DNA from: Rhodoplanes serenus
GTDB taxonomy: Bacteria; Pseudomonadota; Alphaproteobacteria; Rhizobiales; Xanthobacteraceae
DNA: 62,704 bases
Assembly: GCA_945893085.1 (NCBI GenBank)
Contig: CAMDEB010000001.1
Location: 1 to 62,704, forward strand
Reading direction: 5' to 3'
Shown: positions 46,125-55,395 of the stretch, piece by piece
Layout of the letters: every line of letters begins with the position of its first letter
How positions within the stretch are numbered: position 1 is the first letter of the stretch
Notes under the pieces: model-generated
Databases searched by the model: none
What the model was told of the DNA's origin: nothing
Seen by the model: the letters and a program-made list of their open reading frames with translations, nothing else
Made by a program: the position numbers and the translations under genes

Positions 46125-46747
46125 TCCGCAGCCGCTGTGTCGATGTGTTTCAAGCGAAACCGGATGAAACGGCGATCGCCGCGGAGATTATGGGCGTCTA
46201 TCGGTTCCGCACGCTCGAACCCGCCGATTTTGAAGCGTCGCCGCTTGGACGCGAAAAGGGCCGGGCTACGAATTTCGCGCAGCGCATGCGGCTGGGCCAT
46301 CAGGCGTGGGGTTATCTCGCGCCGGACGGCACCGTGGCCTGTTATCTGTGGCTCAGTTCGCCGCAGCTTGGCGAGTACCAGCCTGATTTTGAACTGGGCC
46401 TTCGTGCAAAAATTCCTTCGGACGCGGCCTATATCTGGGACTGCCGGTCCGATCCTCGCCACGAGCGGCAGGGTCTCTATCGCCACGGACTTGTCGCGCT
46501 GGCGCGCGAGGCGGCAACGATCGGGGCGCGATCGGTTCTGATCGTGACACGCCGCGAAAATCACCGGTCGCGAAACTCGATTCTGGCGGTGGGCTTCCGT
46601 CAGATCGGCACCATGAGGTTGTACGGCTTCGGCGGACTGGTCCTCGTCGCAGGCCGCGGCAGGCTCACGATGGCTTACGCGGGATCGGCGGTCGAGTTGC
46701 CAGGGTTGCAAAACCGGAAGCGGCCGATACAGTCCGCGCAGCCCTGA
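46121..46747 (+). CDS. GNAT family protein
   Basis: AYIWDCRSDPRHERQGLY, ENHRSRNSILAVGF. GTGA overlap with the previous gene. Confidence 0.75.
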   Translation: MIRSRCVDVFQAKPDETAIAAEIMGVYRFRTLEPADFEASPLGREKGRATNFAQRMRLGHQAWGYLAPDGTVACYLWLSSPQLGEYQPDFELGLRAKIPSDAAYIWDCRSDPRHERQGLYRHGLVALAREAATIGARSVLIVTRRENHRSRNSILAVGFRQIGTMRLYGFGGLVLVAGRGRLTMAYAGSAVELPGLQNRKRPIQSAQP

Positions 46748-46748
46748 C

Positions 46749-47798
46749 ATGATTTATCTCGGCAATCGCTCGCTTGCTGACGCGAAGGAAACACTCGCGC
46801 TTTATCAGCGGCGGATGAAGGAGCGTGTCGCTGCCGGCGAGCCGCTCTATCTCGAAATCGTCCCTCGCGTCGGCTGGCGGCTTCAGGCCTCCTGCCGCCA
46901 TCCCAAATGGCCGTACACGACTGATGCACTCGGCAATCGCAGCTCCGCCCCCGATGAATATGCCGCGGCCTCGGCCTGCCGAGTAGCGATCGCTGGAAAC
47001 TCTTACGTCCATTGCGACGAGGTGCCAGACCATGAAACCTGGGTGTGGCTGCTTCAGCAGTACCTCGGGCGCGACTTCCGTATCCACAATCTGGGCGTCA
47101 CCGGTTATTCGACCGACCAGTCATTCCTGCGCCTGGAGGAGTTCGCGCAGACGGAGCCGGTTGAGATGGCCCTTCTGACTGTGACGTCGACGGACATCTA
47201 CCGCAATCTCAACATGTGCCGTGCCTTCATCCTGAATGATTTCGAGGTGCCGCTCTATAAGCCGCGGTTCGTCGTGTGTGGTGGCGCCATTGAGCTGAAG
47301 GCTCCGCCTGCAGTGACCCTCGACACGCTGTGCGATTGTCTCGACGATCCTGAAATCCTGGCCGAGCTGCGCGCCCACGATGTTTTTTTTCCGACGGCGG
47401 GCCGTCAGCTTTCGCAGATCATGCGGCGCTTCCGCGTACCGCTGCGCGACGTATGGCAGCGCAATTTCGCCGAGGGCGTAGAAATGACCGAGCGCATCTG
47501 CGAGCAGTTCATCGGCTGGTGCCGGGAGCGCAGGATTGCGCCGGTCCTGCTGTTACTGCCGGTCTATTGGGGTGCCTTTCCGGCGGGGCGCGAGTTCGAC
47601 CTGATCCGCAGTCGGTTCGAATCGCGGGTGACAGTGATCGATGCCAGGGAGGTCTTTACCGACGAGCGGCTGCGCTTGCCCCGGTCGGCGCTGGCCCATC
47701 GTTTCAACCATTTCACCGCCGAGGTGAGCGCCTGGCTTGCCTCCTACATCGGCGATCGAATCCGGCGGGCGGTAGCCCGGCCCGTCGAGGCCGCGTGA
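46749..47798 (+). CDS. SGNH/GDSL hydrolase-like protein
   Basis: AGNSYVH (GDS-like), NLGVTGYSTDQ, late NHF. Confidence 0.75.
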   Translation: MIYLGNRSLADAKETLALYQRRMKERVAAGEPLYLEIVPRVGWRLQASCRHPKWPYTTDALGNRSSAPDEYAAASACRVAIAGNSYVHCDEVPDHETWVWLLQQYLGRDFRIHNLGVTGYSTDQSFLRLEEFAQTEPVEMALLTVTSTDIYRNLNMCRAFILNDFEVPLYKPRFVVCGGAIELKAPPAVTLDTLCDCLDDPEILAELRAHDVFFPTAGRQLSQIMRRFRVPLRDVWQRNFAEGVEMTERICEQFIGWCRERRIAPVLLLLPVYWGAFPAGREFDLIRSRFESRVTVIDAREVFTDERLRLPRSALAHRFNHFTAEVSAWLASYIGDRIRRAVARPVEAA

Positions 47799-48925
47799 GT
47801 TTGCCCGCTGTCTGCTATCCATTCGTCGGCGATACGGTGGGTGGCAGCCACAGGTCGATGGTCCCGGTCATCCGCGGGATGGCGGGGCGGGGCTTCAGGT
47901 CGCTGGTGGTGTTGCATCGCGATGGGCCGCTCGCCCAATTTTTTGCGAATGAGGGGATCGCGTGGATTGCTGCCCCCGATGTACGAGTGGTCGAAGCTGG
48001 TGCGATCTCGGCCCAGGTCATGGGCGCAGCGCAAGTTGCGCCGGCTCTGGTCCGCTTCCTGCGGCAGCACGGCGTTGTGATCGTTCACACCAACGACGCG
48101 CGCATGCATTTCACATGGGCCCTTGCAGCGCGGTTCGCCGGATGCCGGTTCGTCTGGCATCAGCGCAGCGCCGAGCCGTCTCGCAGGCTCGGCCACTATG
48201 CCCGGCTGGCCGATGCCGTGATCACCATCTCTGAATTCTGTCGGTCGTCGTTTGCGCCGCAGATGGCGTCGAAAGCCGTCGTGATCAAGGACCCCAACGA
48301 GCTGAGTGCAGCCGTCGACCGCGCGGAGAGTCGGCAAAGACTGCTGGCGGAGCTTGGGTGCGGGGAAGCTACGGCCATCGTCGGATATGTCGCCAATCTG
48401 ACACGGCAAAAGCGCCCAGGATTTTTCCTCGACATCGCAGGAGCGATCCACGCCCGCTTGGGCGATGCAGTACGCTTTCCAATGTTCGGAGAAAAACGTT
48501 CCGGACTTGCGGAGGAAATCGAAGCGCGGGCAGGCGTACTGGGTCTCGGTGGAGTGGTGCGGTTGATGGGGCCACGCTATCCGATCGAACCCTGGATCGC
48601 GGGCTGCGACGTGCTCGCCGCGCCTGCGACCGCGGAAGGGTTTGGGCGCACCTTAGTCGAGGCCATGCTGGTGGGGACGCCTGTGGTCGCCTCCGACGAC
48701 GCGGGGCACCGCGAAGCCATTCGCAACGGGAAGACAGGGCGGCTGATAGCGCCCGACAACGCCGAAGGTTTTGCCGATGCGGTGATGGCCTTGTTGCGCG
48801 ATCAAGGCATGCGTTTAGAAATCACGAGACAGGCGGCCGACTTCGCCCGTTCGGAATTTTCCAACGTCCGTCATCTGGACCGGCTTGCGGGGGTTTATCG
48901 CAGCCTCGTCGTATCGCCGAGATGA
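47795..48925 (+). CDS. GT4 family glycosyltransferase
   Basis: GGSHRS, VHTND, VANLTRQK, EGFGRTLVEAMLVGTPVVAS. Confidence 0.92.
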   Translation: MSLPAVCYPFVGDTVGGSHRSMVPVIRGMAGRGFRSLVVLHRDGPLAQFFANEGIAWIAAPDVRVVEAGAISAQVMGAAQVAPALVRFLRQHGVVIVHTNDARMHFTWALAARFAGCRFVWHQRSAEPSRRLGHYARLADAVITISEFCRSSFAPQMASKAVVIKDPNELSAAVDRAESRQRLLAELGCGEATAIVGYVANLTRQKRPGFFLDIAGAIHARLGDAVRFPMFGEKRSGLAEEIEARAGVLGLGGVVRLMGPRYPIEPWIAGCDVLAAPATAEGFGRTLVEAMLVGTPVVASDDAGHREAIRNGKTGRLIAPDNAEGFADAVMALLRDQGMRLEITRQAADFARSEFSNVRHLDRLAGVYRSLVVSPR

Positions 48926-50022
48926 CTGCAAAGACGGGCGTCATCATCCTGATCGCCGATATGGGGAGCGGCGGGGCGCAACAGGTGGCGTCGCAACTGG
49001 CTTCCCACTGGTCGAGCCGCGGCCGGCGTGTCGGATTGTTGACGCTGTCTGCGCCGGAAACGGACTTCTTCAAGGTAGACGGCAAGGTCGAGCGGTATTC
49101 GATCGGTGGCGTGGCGGATTCGCATTCCGTCGTCGAGCGGGTTACTCGGAATTTTCGGCGTGTTCTGGCGATCCGCCGTGTCTTGCGCGCGTTCAATGGC
49201 GACACCGCGATAAGCTTTATTGCGCCGATGAATGTGCTTCTGATCCTTGCAAGCTGGGGTCTTGGGCTGCGGACCGTCATTTCCGAGCGGAACGATCCGG
49301 CGCGCCAGTCGTTCGGGCTGTTCTGGGATGCCTTGCGCCGCATGCTCTATCGCTGCGCCGACAAGATTTCCGCAAACAGTCGCGCCGCGCTCGTAACGCT
49401 GCGGGCCTATGTGCCAGAACGCAAGCTTGTCTATCTGCCCAATCCGCTCCGGCAGGCGGTGGTCGAGGCGGTGCCGATGGAGGGGCGCGCTCCGATCGTG
49501 CTGAATGTCGGCCGCCTGCATCGGCAGAAGGGCCAGGATCTGCTCATCTGCGCCTTTGCCGCCGCGGCCGGGGAGTTGCTTGGCTGGCGCCTGTGCATCG
49601 TCGGCGAAGGTGAGGAGCGGCAACGCCTGCAATCGCTGATCGACTCGCTGTCGGTCAGCGATTGCGTGGAACTCGTTGGGCGGGCCGAAGACCCGTTCAT
49701 CTGGTATCGACGCGCTTCGATCTTTGCATTCCCATCCCGTTGGGAAGGAACGCCGAATGCGTTGCTTGAAGCCATGTCGTGCGAATTGCCGGTTGTGGTG
49801 AGCGGGGCTGCGCCGAGCGTGCTGGAGATTGTGCGCGACGGCCGCGAAGGTCTCGTCGCGCTGGGCGAGGACGTTCCGTCGCTCTCCCGCGCGCTCGTCA
49901 CGCTGGCGCGTGACGATGCATTGCGCCGCAGGCTCGGCTCAGCCGCGGCCCAACAAACAAAGCAGTTCGCGCCCGCCACCGTGTTTCATACCTGGGACGA
50001 AGCGTTGTGGCCCGCCGCATGA
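48922..50022 (+). CDS. GT4 family glycosyltransferase (PglH/PglJ-like)
   Basis: GGAQQV, ISERNDP, LPNP, VGRLHRQKG, SRWEGTPNALLEAM. Confidence 0.92.
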   Translation: MTAKTGVIILIADMGSGGAQQVASQLASHWSSRGRRVGLLTLSAPETDFFKVDGKVERYSIGGVADSHSVVERVTRNFRRVLAIRRVLRAFNGDTAISFIAPMNVLLILASWGLGLRTVISERNDPARQSFGLFWDALRRMLYRCADKISANSRAALVTLRAYVPERKLVYLPNPLRQAVVEAVPMEGRAPIVLNVGRLHRQKGQDLLICAFAAAAGELLGWRLCIVGEGEERQRLQSLIDSLSVSDCVELVGRAEDPFIWYRRASIFAFPSRWEGTPNALLEAMSCELPVVVSGAAPSVLEIVRDGREGLVALGEDVPSLSRALVTLARDDALRRRLGSAAAQQTKQFAPATVFHTWDEALWPAA

Positions 50023-51152
50023 AACGCATTCACGTCCTTACCGCCGGGTTCACCACGTCGAACGGCCAGGCATTCCTGATGCCGCTGCTATTGCACCAGA
50101 GTGCGCTGCGCGATGCCGGGATCGAGGTGCGGCTGTTTTCGCGGCCTTCGCCGCAATTGGCCGACTGCGACGTGTTGATGCTCGACGGCAAGTATTTTGC
50201 GCCGCGCTGGGCCGATGAAACGCCTGCCGTTCTGGAGGAGATCGCGGGCTATCGGGCCCGGATCGACAATCTCGTCTTCGTCGATCTGCTCGATAGCGCG
50301 GCATGGGATCACGCGCGGGCGCTGCCCTACGTCAAGCTCTATTGCAAAAGCCAGTTGCTGCGGGACCGCACGTCTTATCTCCGGCCGCTTTACGGATACC
50401 GTGCATTCACCGACGATTATCATCGGAATTGGGGCGTTGACGACCAGCCTCCGGTCGCCTCCGAACCCGTGAGTGATCCGGCGTTGCTCGTCAAACTCAC
50501 CGTGGGCTGGAATTCGGCGCTCGCCGACTACAGCGAGTGGGGTGCTTACCGCATGTATGCGTTCCAGCGGTTGCCGCTACGCGCGTTCCTGCGGTTTCCG
50601 GGATTGTTCGTGGCTCCGTCAGGTCCGCGGACGAATGCGGTCTCCTGCCGGATCGGCACCAGTTACTTGCGGCCGACGATCGGCTGTCAGCGCGTCCGGC
50701 TGGCTGCGCTTCTGAAGGATCGCGTGGCGGCTGGCCGGGTGCCTCGCAAGGACTATTTCGCGGAACTTCGAAACAGCAAGCTCGCGCTCTCGCCCTTCGG
50801 CTACGGAGAGATTTGCTACCGCGACTTTGAGATATTTATGAGCGGCGCCTTAATGCTCAAACCGGACATGTCGGGCGTGGAAACATGGCCGGACCTTTAT
50901 CGCGATGGTGAAACTATGGCAGCCCACCGCTGGGATCTCACCGACGTTCTTGACCGGATCGATGAAATCCTTTCGAACTACGGTCGCTATCTTGAGATTG
51001 CCGAGCGCGGGCAGGCTGCGTATCGGCGCTATCTCAGCGGCGAGGAGGCCGGATGGCTGTTCGCGGCGCACCTCTATTCAATTGTCGAGAAGGCCGGGGC
51101 GGCCGACCAGGCGCCGCAAAGCCCGTCTCCCGCGTTAGCACCGGTCGGTTGA
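50019..51152 (+). CDS. Putative glycosyltransferase (Glyco_trans_1_2/exostosin-like C-terminus)
   Basis: YFAELRNSKLALSPFGYGEICYRDFEIFMSGALMLKP, IAERG. Confidence 0.7.
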   Translation: MKRIHVLTAGFTTSNGQAFLMPLLLHQSALRDAGIEVRLFSRPSPQLADCDVLMLDGKYFAPRWADETPAVLEEIAGYRARIDNLVFVDLLDSAAWDHARALPYVKLYCKSQLLRDRTSYLRPLYGYRAFTDDYHRNWGVDDQPPVASEPVSDPALLVKLTVGWNSALADYSEWGAYRMYAFQRLPLRAFLRFPGLFVAPSGPRTNAVSCRIGTSYLRPTIGCQRVRLAALLKDRVAAGRVPRKDYFAELRNSKLALSPFGYGEICYRDFEIFMSGALMLKPDMSGVETWPDLYRDGETMAAHRWDLTDVLDRIDEILSNYGRYLEIAERGQAAYRRYLSGEEAGWLFAAHLYSIVEKAGAADQAPQSPSPALAPVG

Positions 51153-51153
51153 G

Positions 51154-52038
51154 ATGAATTCTCCTCGCACCGTGGTCCACATCGGCTATCCCAAGGCCGG
51201 GTCTACGTTCCTTCAGGACTACATGGCAAGCCATCCGGGGCTGGATAGCAGCCTGGAGTCAATGGATGAAATGGTCGACGAAGCGGCTGGCAAGCCGGAT
51301 CGCGCGCCGTCACGAGACGCAACCGGCGAACGTGTGCGGTTGATCACCAACGAGAAGATCGCGGAGTCTCTGGTTGCGACCGGCGACCCAACCGCCTGGC
51401 ATCGGAACAAGTTTATCCCCGGCACATGGGATGACACGGCGCGTCACACCCGGATCGATCCGCTGGAGACGGCTCGCCGCGTCCGGCGTGGGTATGGCGC
51501 TGACCTGGTGTTGATCGTGATCCGCGATCAGACTGCATGGTTGCAATCGGCTTACAAGTATTATCTGCCGAATCTTCCAGCCCAGCGTCGTACGTTTGCC
51601 GATTTCTGCGCGACCTCGATTGGGTGTGTGTACCTCGAGATCGGGCACTACGATCGTGTGATCGAGCCCTATTTTAGCGAGTTCGGTGCAAATAATGTGA
51701 AAGTGCTGCGCGCGGAAATGCTGCGCAACAGTCCGGATTTGTTCGCGTCCGCGTTCTGCGAATTTGTGGGAGTACCGTACCGGCCGATCCCTCAAGGCAG
51801 CGCCAACGTCGGAGCCACCAACGAGGCCGCCATATTGCGGGCGCGGTTTCCGATTGTCGATCGTCTGCCGCCAGGCGTGCGGAAATTCGGAAGCGCCGTG
51901 TTGTCGCGGGTGACGTCTGCGCGCGGCTCGATTTTTTCGAACGCTGAGATCGAGGGAATTCGCGTCCGCTATGCCGACAGCAACCGGCGCGTCGAGCGCC
52001 TGTTGCAAGAGGCTCACAAGGCTGCGGGGCGGGGCTGA
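51154..52038 (+). CDS. PAPS-dependent sulfotransferase family protein 2
   Basis: HIGYPKAGSTFLQ, RDQTAWLQSAY, FGANNVKVL, YADSN. Confidence 0.82.
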   Translation: MNSPRTVVHIGYPKAGSTFLQDYMASHPGLDSSLESMDEMVDEAAGKPDRAPSRDATGERVRLITNEKIAESLVATGDPTAWHRNKFIPGTWDDTARHTRIDPLETARRVRRGYGADLVLIVIRDQTAWLQSAYKYYLPNLPAQRRTFADFCATSIGCVYLEIGHYDRVIEPYFSEFGANNVKVLRAEMLRNSPDLFASAFCEFVGVPYRPIPQGSANVGATNEAAILRARFPIVDRLPPGVRKFGSAVLSRVTSARGSIFSNAEIEGIRVRYADSNRRVERLLQEAHKAAGRG

Positions 52039-52046
52039 TTCTCAAC

Positions 52047-52910
52047 GTGAGCGCATTATCCATTGTTCGCTGGCTGCGGCATGGCCCCTTTGCGTTTCTG
52101 GGGCCGGTCTGGGTGCAATTCGGACGGCTCTATCGCGGTGCTGCACGTCACATCCCCGGCCTTTCGGTTCCGCAAAAGATCGGGCCCTACGGGCCGTTCC
52201 GTTTGGTCCCGGAGTTCACATTCTCCAACTTCCAGAATTGGGGTGGAATCCATAACAAAGGATTCCGCACCTGTATCGAAGCCTGCCGGGGCAAGTCTTG
52301 TGTACTCGATGTCGGTGCCCACGTCGGTCTCGTCACGATGCCGGCCGCGGGCGTTCTTGCAAAAGGCGGCCACGTTCACGCGTTCGAGCCCGCACAAGCC
52401 AACGCGCGCATCCTGCGCCGGCACCTCACGCTCAATGACATCGCAAACGTCGAAGTCGTCGAGGCGTTGGTTGGCGAGACCGACGGCGCGCGCGTCCCTT
52501 TCTTCGAAAGCGCGGGTCCGCACGGGCAGAATTCCATCGTGCTCAAAGGTGGGGACAAGCTCGCGAGCGAATGGGGCGGTTATTCCCGAACCGAGCGGCC
52601 ACAAGTCTCGCTCGACGGCTACTGTGAACGCCTTGGGCTGTCGCCCGAGATCATCAAGATCGACGTGGAGGGTGGCGAACTTGGCGTGCTGCGCGGCGCC
52701 CGCGCCACGCTTGCACGATGCCGTCCGCTCCTGGTACTGAGCGTCCATCCCCGTGAAATCCAGTTGGCCGGCGAAAGTCTTGACGCTCTGCGCTGGCTGC
52801 TCGACGACCTCGCCTACGACGTCCGGGACCTCGAAGGTCATCCGGTTGCCGAATTCAAGCTCGATGAGTATGTCGTCGCGCCACGCAATGTCATAAACAG
52901 GTCCACATGA
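52047..52910 (+). CDS. FkbM family methyltransferase 1
   Basis: LDVGAHVG, AFEP, SLD, KIDVEGGE. Confidence 0.9.
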   Translation: MSALSIVRWLRHGPFAFLGPVWVQFGRLYRGAARHIPGLSVPQKIGPYGPFRLVPEFTFSNFQNWGGIHNKGFRTCIEACRGKSCVLDVGAHVGLVTMPAAGVLAKGGHVHAFEPAQANARILRRHLTLNDIANVEVVEALVGETDGARVPFFESAGPHGQNSIVLKGGDKLASEWGGYSRTERPQVSLDGYCERLGLSPEIIKIDVEGGELGVLRGARATLARCRPLLVLSVHPREIQLAGESLDALRWLLDDLAYDVRDLEGHPVAEFKLDEYVVAPRNVINRST

Positions 52911-53860
52911 TTGCAGGAAAACTCACCAGCGCCTACGAAACGATGCGGGATCGCGGTCCGCTTGTGATGCTTTCCGCGATCGGGCGCTTGGGGCAGGCGG
53001 CGGCCGAGCAAGCCTTCGGCCGCCGCTTCCTCCTGCGATCTATCCACAATTATCGGATGTATCTCGACCTCCAGGACCCAGGCCTGTCTCGTTCGCTGCT
53101 GCTATTCGGCACGCGCGAGGTCGATCACAAGATCATGCTGGAGAAAATCGTGCGTCCAGGGATGACGATTTTCGATATCGGCGGGAACATTGGCTACTAC
53201 CCGCTTATGGAACTGTCCCTCCTCCGCGGGACGGGAAAGATGGTGATCGCCGAGCCGTCGCCAAGCAACGTCGCGTTGCTGCGGCGAAATCTCGATCTCA
53301 ACGGATATGGCGATGTGCTGGTGCTCGACGCGGCGGTCTCCGATCGGCCGGGCCGGCGCAATTTCTATCTGTCCGAGCAGTCCAATCTCGGAACCTTCCA
53401 TCCGGTTGGCCACGGGTCCGAGACTTTGACGGGCGGGACCGTGGACGTCGAGACGCTGACCGTGCCTATCATGACGGAGCGTTTCGGGCCGCCGGATCTG
53501 CTGCGGATGGATGTCGAGGGCCACGAGGTCGAGGTGCTCAATGGCATGATCGAGGATGTCAGCCGAGGCGCCTACGCGCCAACCGTGATCTTCGAGCCAC
53601 ATCTGAGCAGATATAGCCCCGGGCACGACATGGCGGCGACGCTGCGCGCGCTGTTTTCGTTCGGCTATCGCGTGCCGATGCTGTCGACGTCGGATCGTGG
53701 GCGCGCGCTGATCGCGGCAAAAGGGTACAGGCCGGGCGAACGGATCGCGACGGACGGCGTTTATAGGACCCTGTTTGCCGACATCAGCCATGATGACGCG
53801 ATCGATCTTCTGTGTAACACCGGCGGGGCACGGACTGTCATCCTTGCGAAGGGCGCGTAA
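52907..53860 (+). CDS. FkbM family methyltransferase 2
   Basis: FDIGGNIGYY, AEP, AAVSD, RMDVEGHE. Confidence 0.9.
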   Translation: MIAGKLTSAYETMRDRGPLVMLSAIGRLGQAAAEQAFGRRFLLRSIHNYRMYLDLQDPGLSRSLLLFGTREVDHKIMLEKIVRPGMTIFDIGGNIGYYPLMELSLLRGTGKMVIAEPSPSNVALLRRNLDLNGYGDVLVLDAAVSDRPGRRNFYLSEQSNLGTFHPVGHGSETLTGGTVDVETLTVPIMTERFGPPDLLRMDVEGHEVEVLNGMIEDVSRGAYAPTVIFEPHLSRYSPGHDMAATLRALFSFGYRVPMLSTSDRGRALIAAKGYRPGERIATDGVYRTLFADISHDDAIDLLCNTGGARTVILAKGA

Positions 53861-55259
53861 GCAAGGCGCGCGCGCGGAAGCCCGCTCCAGTCAGCACCGT
53901 CAGCACGGGTTCCATTGGCAGGCGATATTTGGGCGATGCCACCGGGCCATTGGTCAGCAGGATGAACGCGCACCAGCCCGCCAACGTTAGTAGGCCGAGA
54001 TAACCGTGTCCGGCGCGAAGCAGGGCGACGAGCCCCGCAAGCTGTACGATGCGGACAATAACCATGCCGCTAATCCCGGCGAGTAGAATCCAGGCATAAA
54101 CGCGATTGTCAGAGCGAAACATGAAGTTGAGCATCTTTTCAATCATGCTCGCGCCGGGGGTGTCGTAGAAGCCGGTTCGCGGCAATTGCAGCACAGGTGG
54201 CGACAGGACGATTGCGGGCGTTCCGATGTTGAGGACCGCGCCATAGGCCCAAGCCTTCACTATCGCCGCGATCCCCAGCCGGGGAAGTTCCTCCATCGCA
54301 ATTTCCGTATACTGCTTCGAAAGCCCAAACGGATCGTCCGCCAACACCTCACCGAACCGGTCGTGCGTCCGCCGCTCGAGCTCTTCATAGGTTTCGCGCC
54401 ATGGCGTGCCGTCCTTTGCCTGCCTGACCAGCGGTACGATCCAGCGGCTGAGATGCATGCCGCTTTGCGGGGTGAGCTCCCAAGTGCCGTATTGAAAATG
54501 GTTGCGGAGCGAAATCGCGCCGACGGCCGCGCCGTACACGACACCGGCAAAACAAAGATGAGCCAGCACAATTCGCCCAAAACGGCGTGTGACCAGGCTT
54601 GCGAGCAGAAAAAAGGTGAGCAGCGCCACGCCAAATGGTGCGATCAAGATTCGCATACTGGCCGCCGCGGCAAGGCCAAGCGCGACCATTACGATCGAGG
54701 ACCACGATGGAGTTTTCAGCCAGCGCACTGCGCCAAGCATAACCAGCGCTGCGAAAAACGTGAAAGGCGTATCGGGATAGAGCATGCCCGCCATCACGAT
54801 CTGTGTGGGGTTGATCGCGGCGGCAATCCCCGCCGGCAGCGCGACACGGTGGTCGAACTCGCGTGCGATGAAATAGACCAGCAGGCACGTTCCGGAATCG
54901 ATGAGGCCCTGAAACAGCACATAGACCAGTGGAGTGAATGTTCGAGAGATGAGCGCACACAGTGACGTCATCCACGAGAACAGCGGCATTTGCATGGGAT
55001 CTATTCCGAGCCAGATCCATCCGGTAACTCGTCCGCTGACCAGTTCCGCGGCGAAAACCTGCGCCCGATGGAGATAGTCGAAGGAATCCACGCCCATCAG
55101 GCCATTGTCACCCATGGCGAAATACATAACGCCGTCGTAGAGCCAGCGGATTGCCAATGCCGCCAGATATAATTTCACCAGCATCGCCCCGGACGAGGAC
55201 ACCCCGGTGGCTTGGTTGATTTCGACGAGTTGGATTTTCGGGGGGGCTGGCGCGTTCAT
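53838..55259 (-). CDS. GT-C integral membrane glycosyltransferase (ArnT/PMT_2-like)
   Basis: Multiple TM segments, DSFDY in the first loop, P.FSW, YPDTPF, RNHFQYG, KYRLPMEP. Confidence 0.75.
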   Translation of the reverse strand: MNAPAPPKIQLVEINQATGVSSSGAMLVKLYLAALAIRWLYDGVMYFAMGDNGLMGVDSFDYLHRAQVFAAELVSGRVTGWIWLGIDPMQMPLFSWMTSLCALISRTFTPLVYVLFQGLIDSGTCLLVYFIAREFDHRVALPAGIAAAINPTQIVMAGMLYPDTPFTFFAALVMLGAVRWLKTPSWSSIVMVALGLAAAASMRILIAPFGVALLTFFLLASLVTRRFGRIVLAHLCFAGVVYGAAVGAISLRNHFQYGTWELTPQSGMHLSRWIVPLVRQAKDGTPWRETYEELERRTHDRFGEVLADDPFGLSKQYTEIAMEELPRLGIAAIVKAWAYGAVLNIGTPAIVLSPPVLQLPRTGFYDTPGASMIEKMLNFMFRSDNRVYAWILLAGISGMVIVRIVQLAGLVALLRAGHGYLGLLTLAGWCAFILLTNGPVASPKYRLPMEPVLTVLTGAGFRARALLTRPSQG

Positions 55260-55395
55260 ATCGGATCGACTCCAAACCGAATTCTATGCTACGGCCCGAT
55301 CATCTACAACGCTTGACGATTTTCTGCGGCAGCGAACTCATTCCCGCCGCTCGCTGATCGCTTTGCCCTGACAGCGGACGACGCAATCTCAACAA

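Noticed and set aside
47383-47390. Homopolymer tracts (T8 at 47383, A8 at 57709, G7 at 55240) as phase-variation switches
   Set aside because: Short, and the host ORFs are in frame. No evidence of slippage.
47768-47777. GGCGGTAGCC ops-like word
   Set aside because: Lies within a coding sequence and is expected by chance at this GC content.
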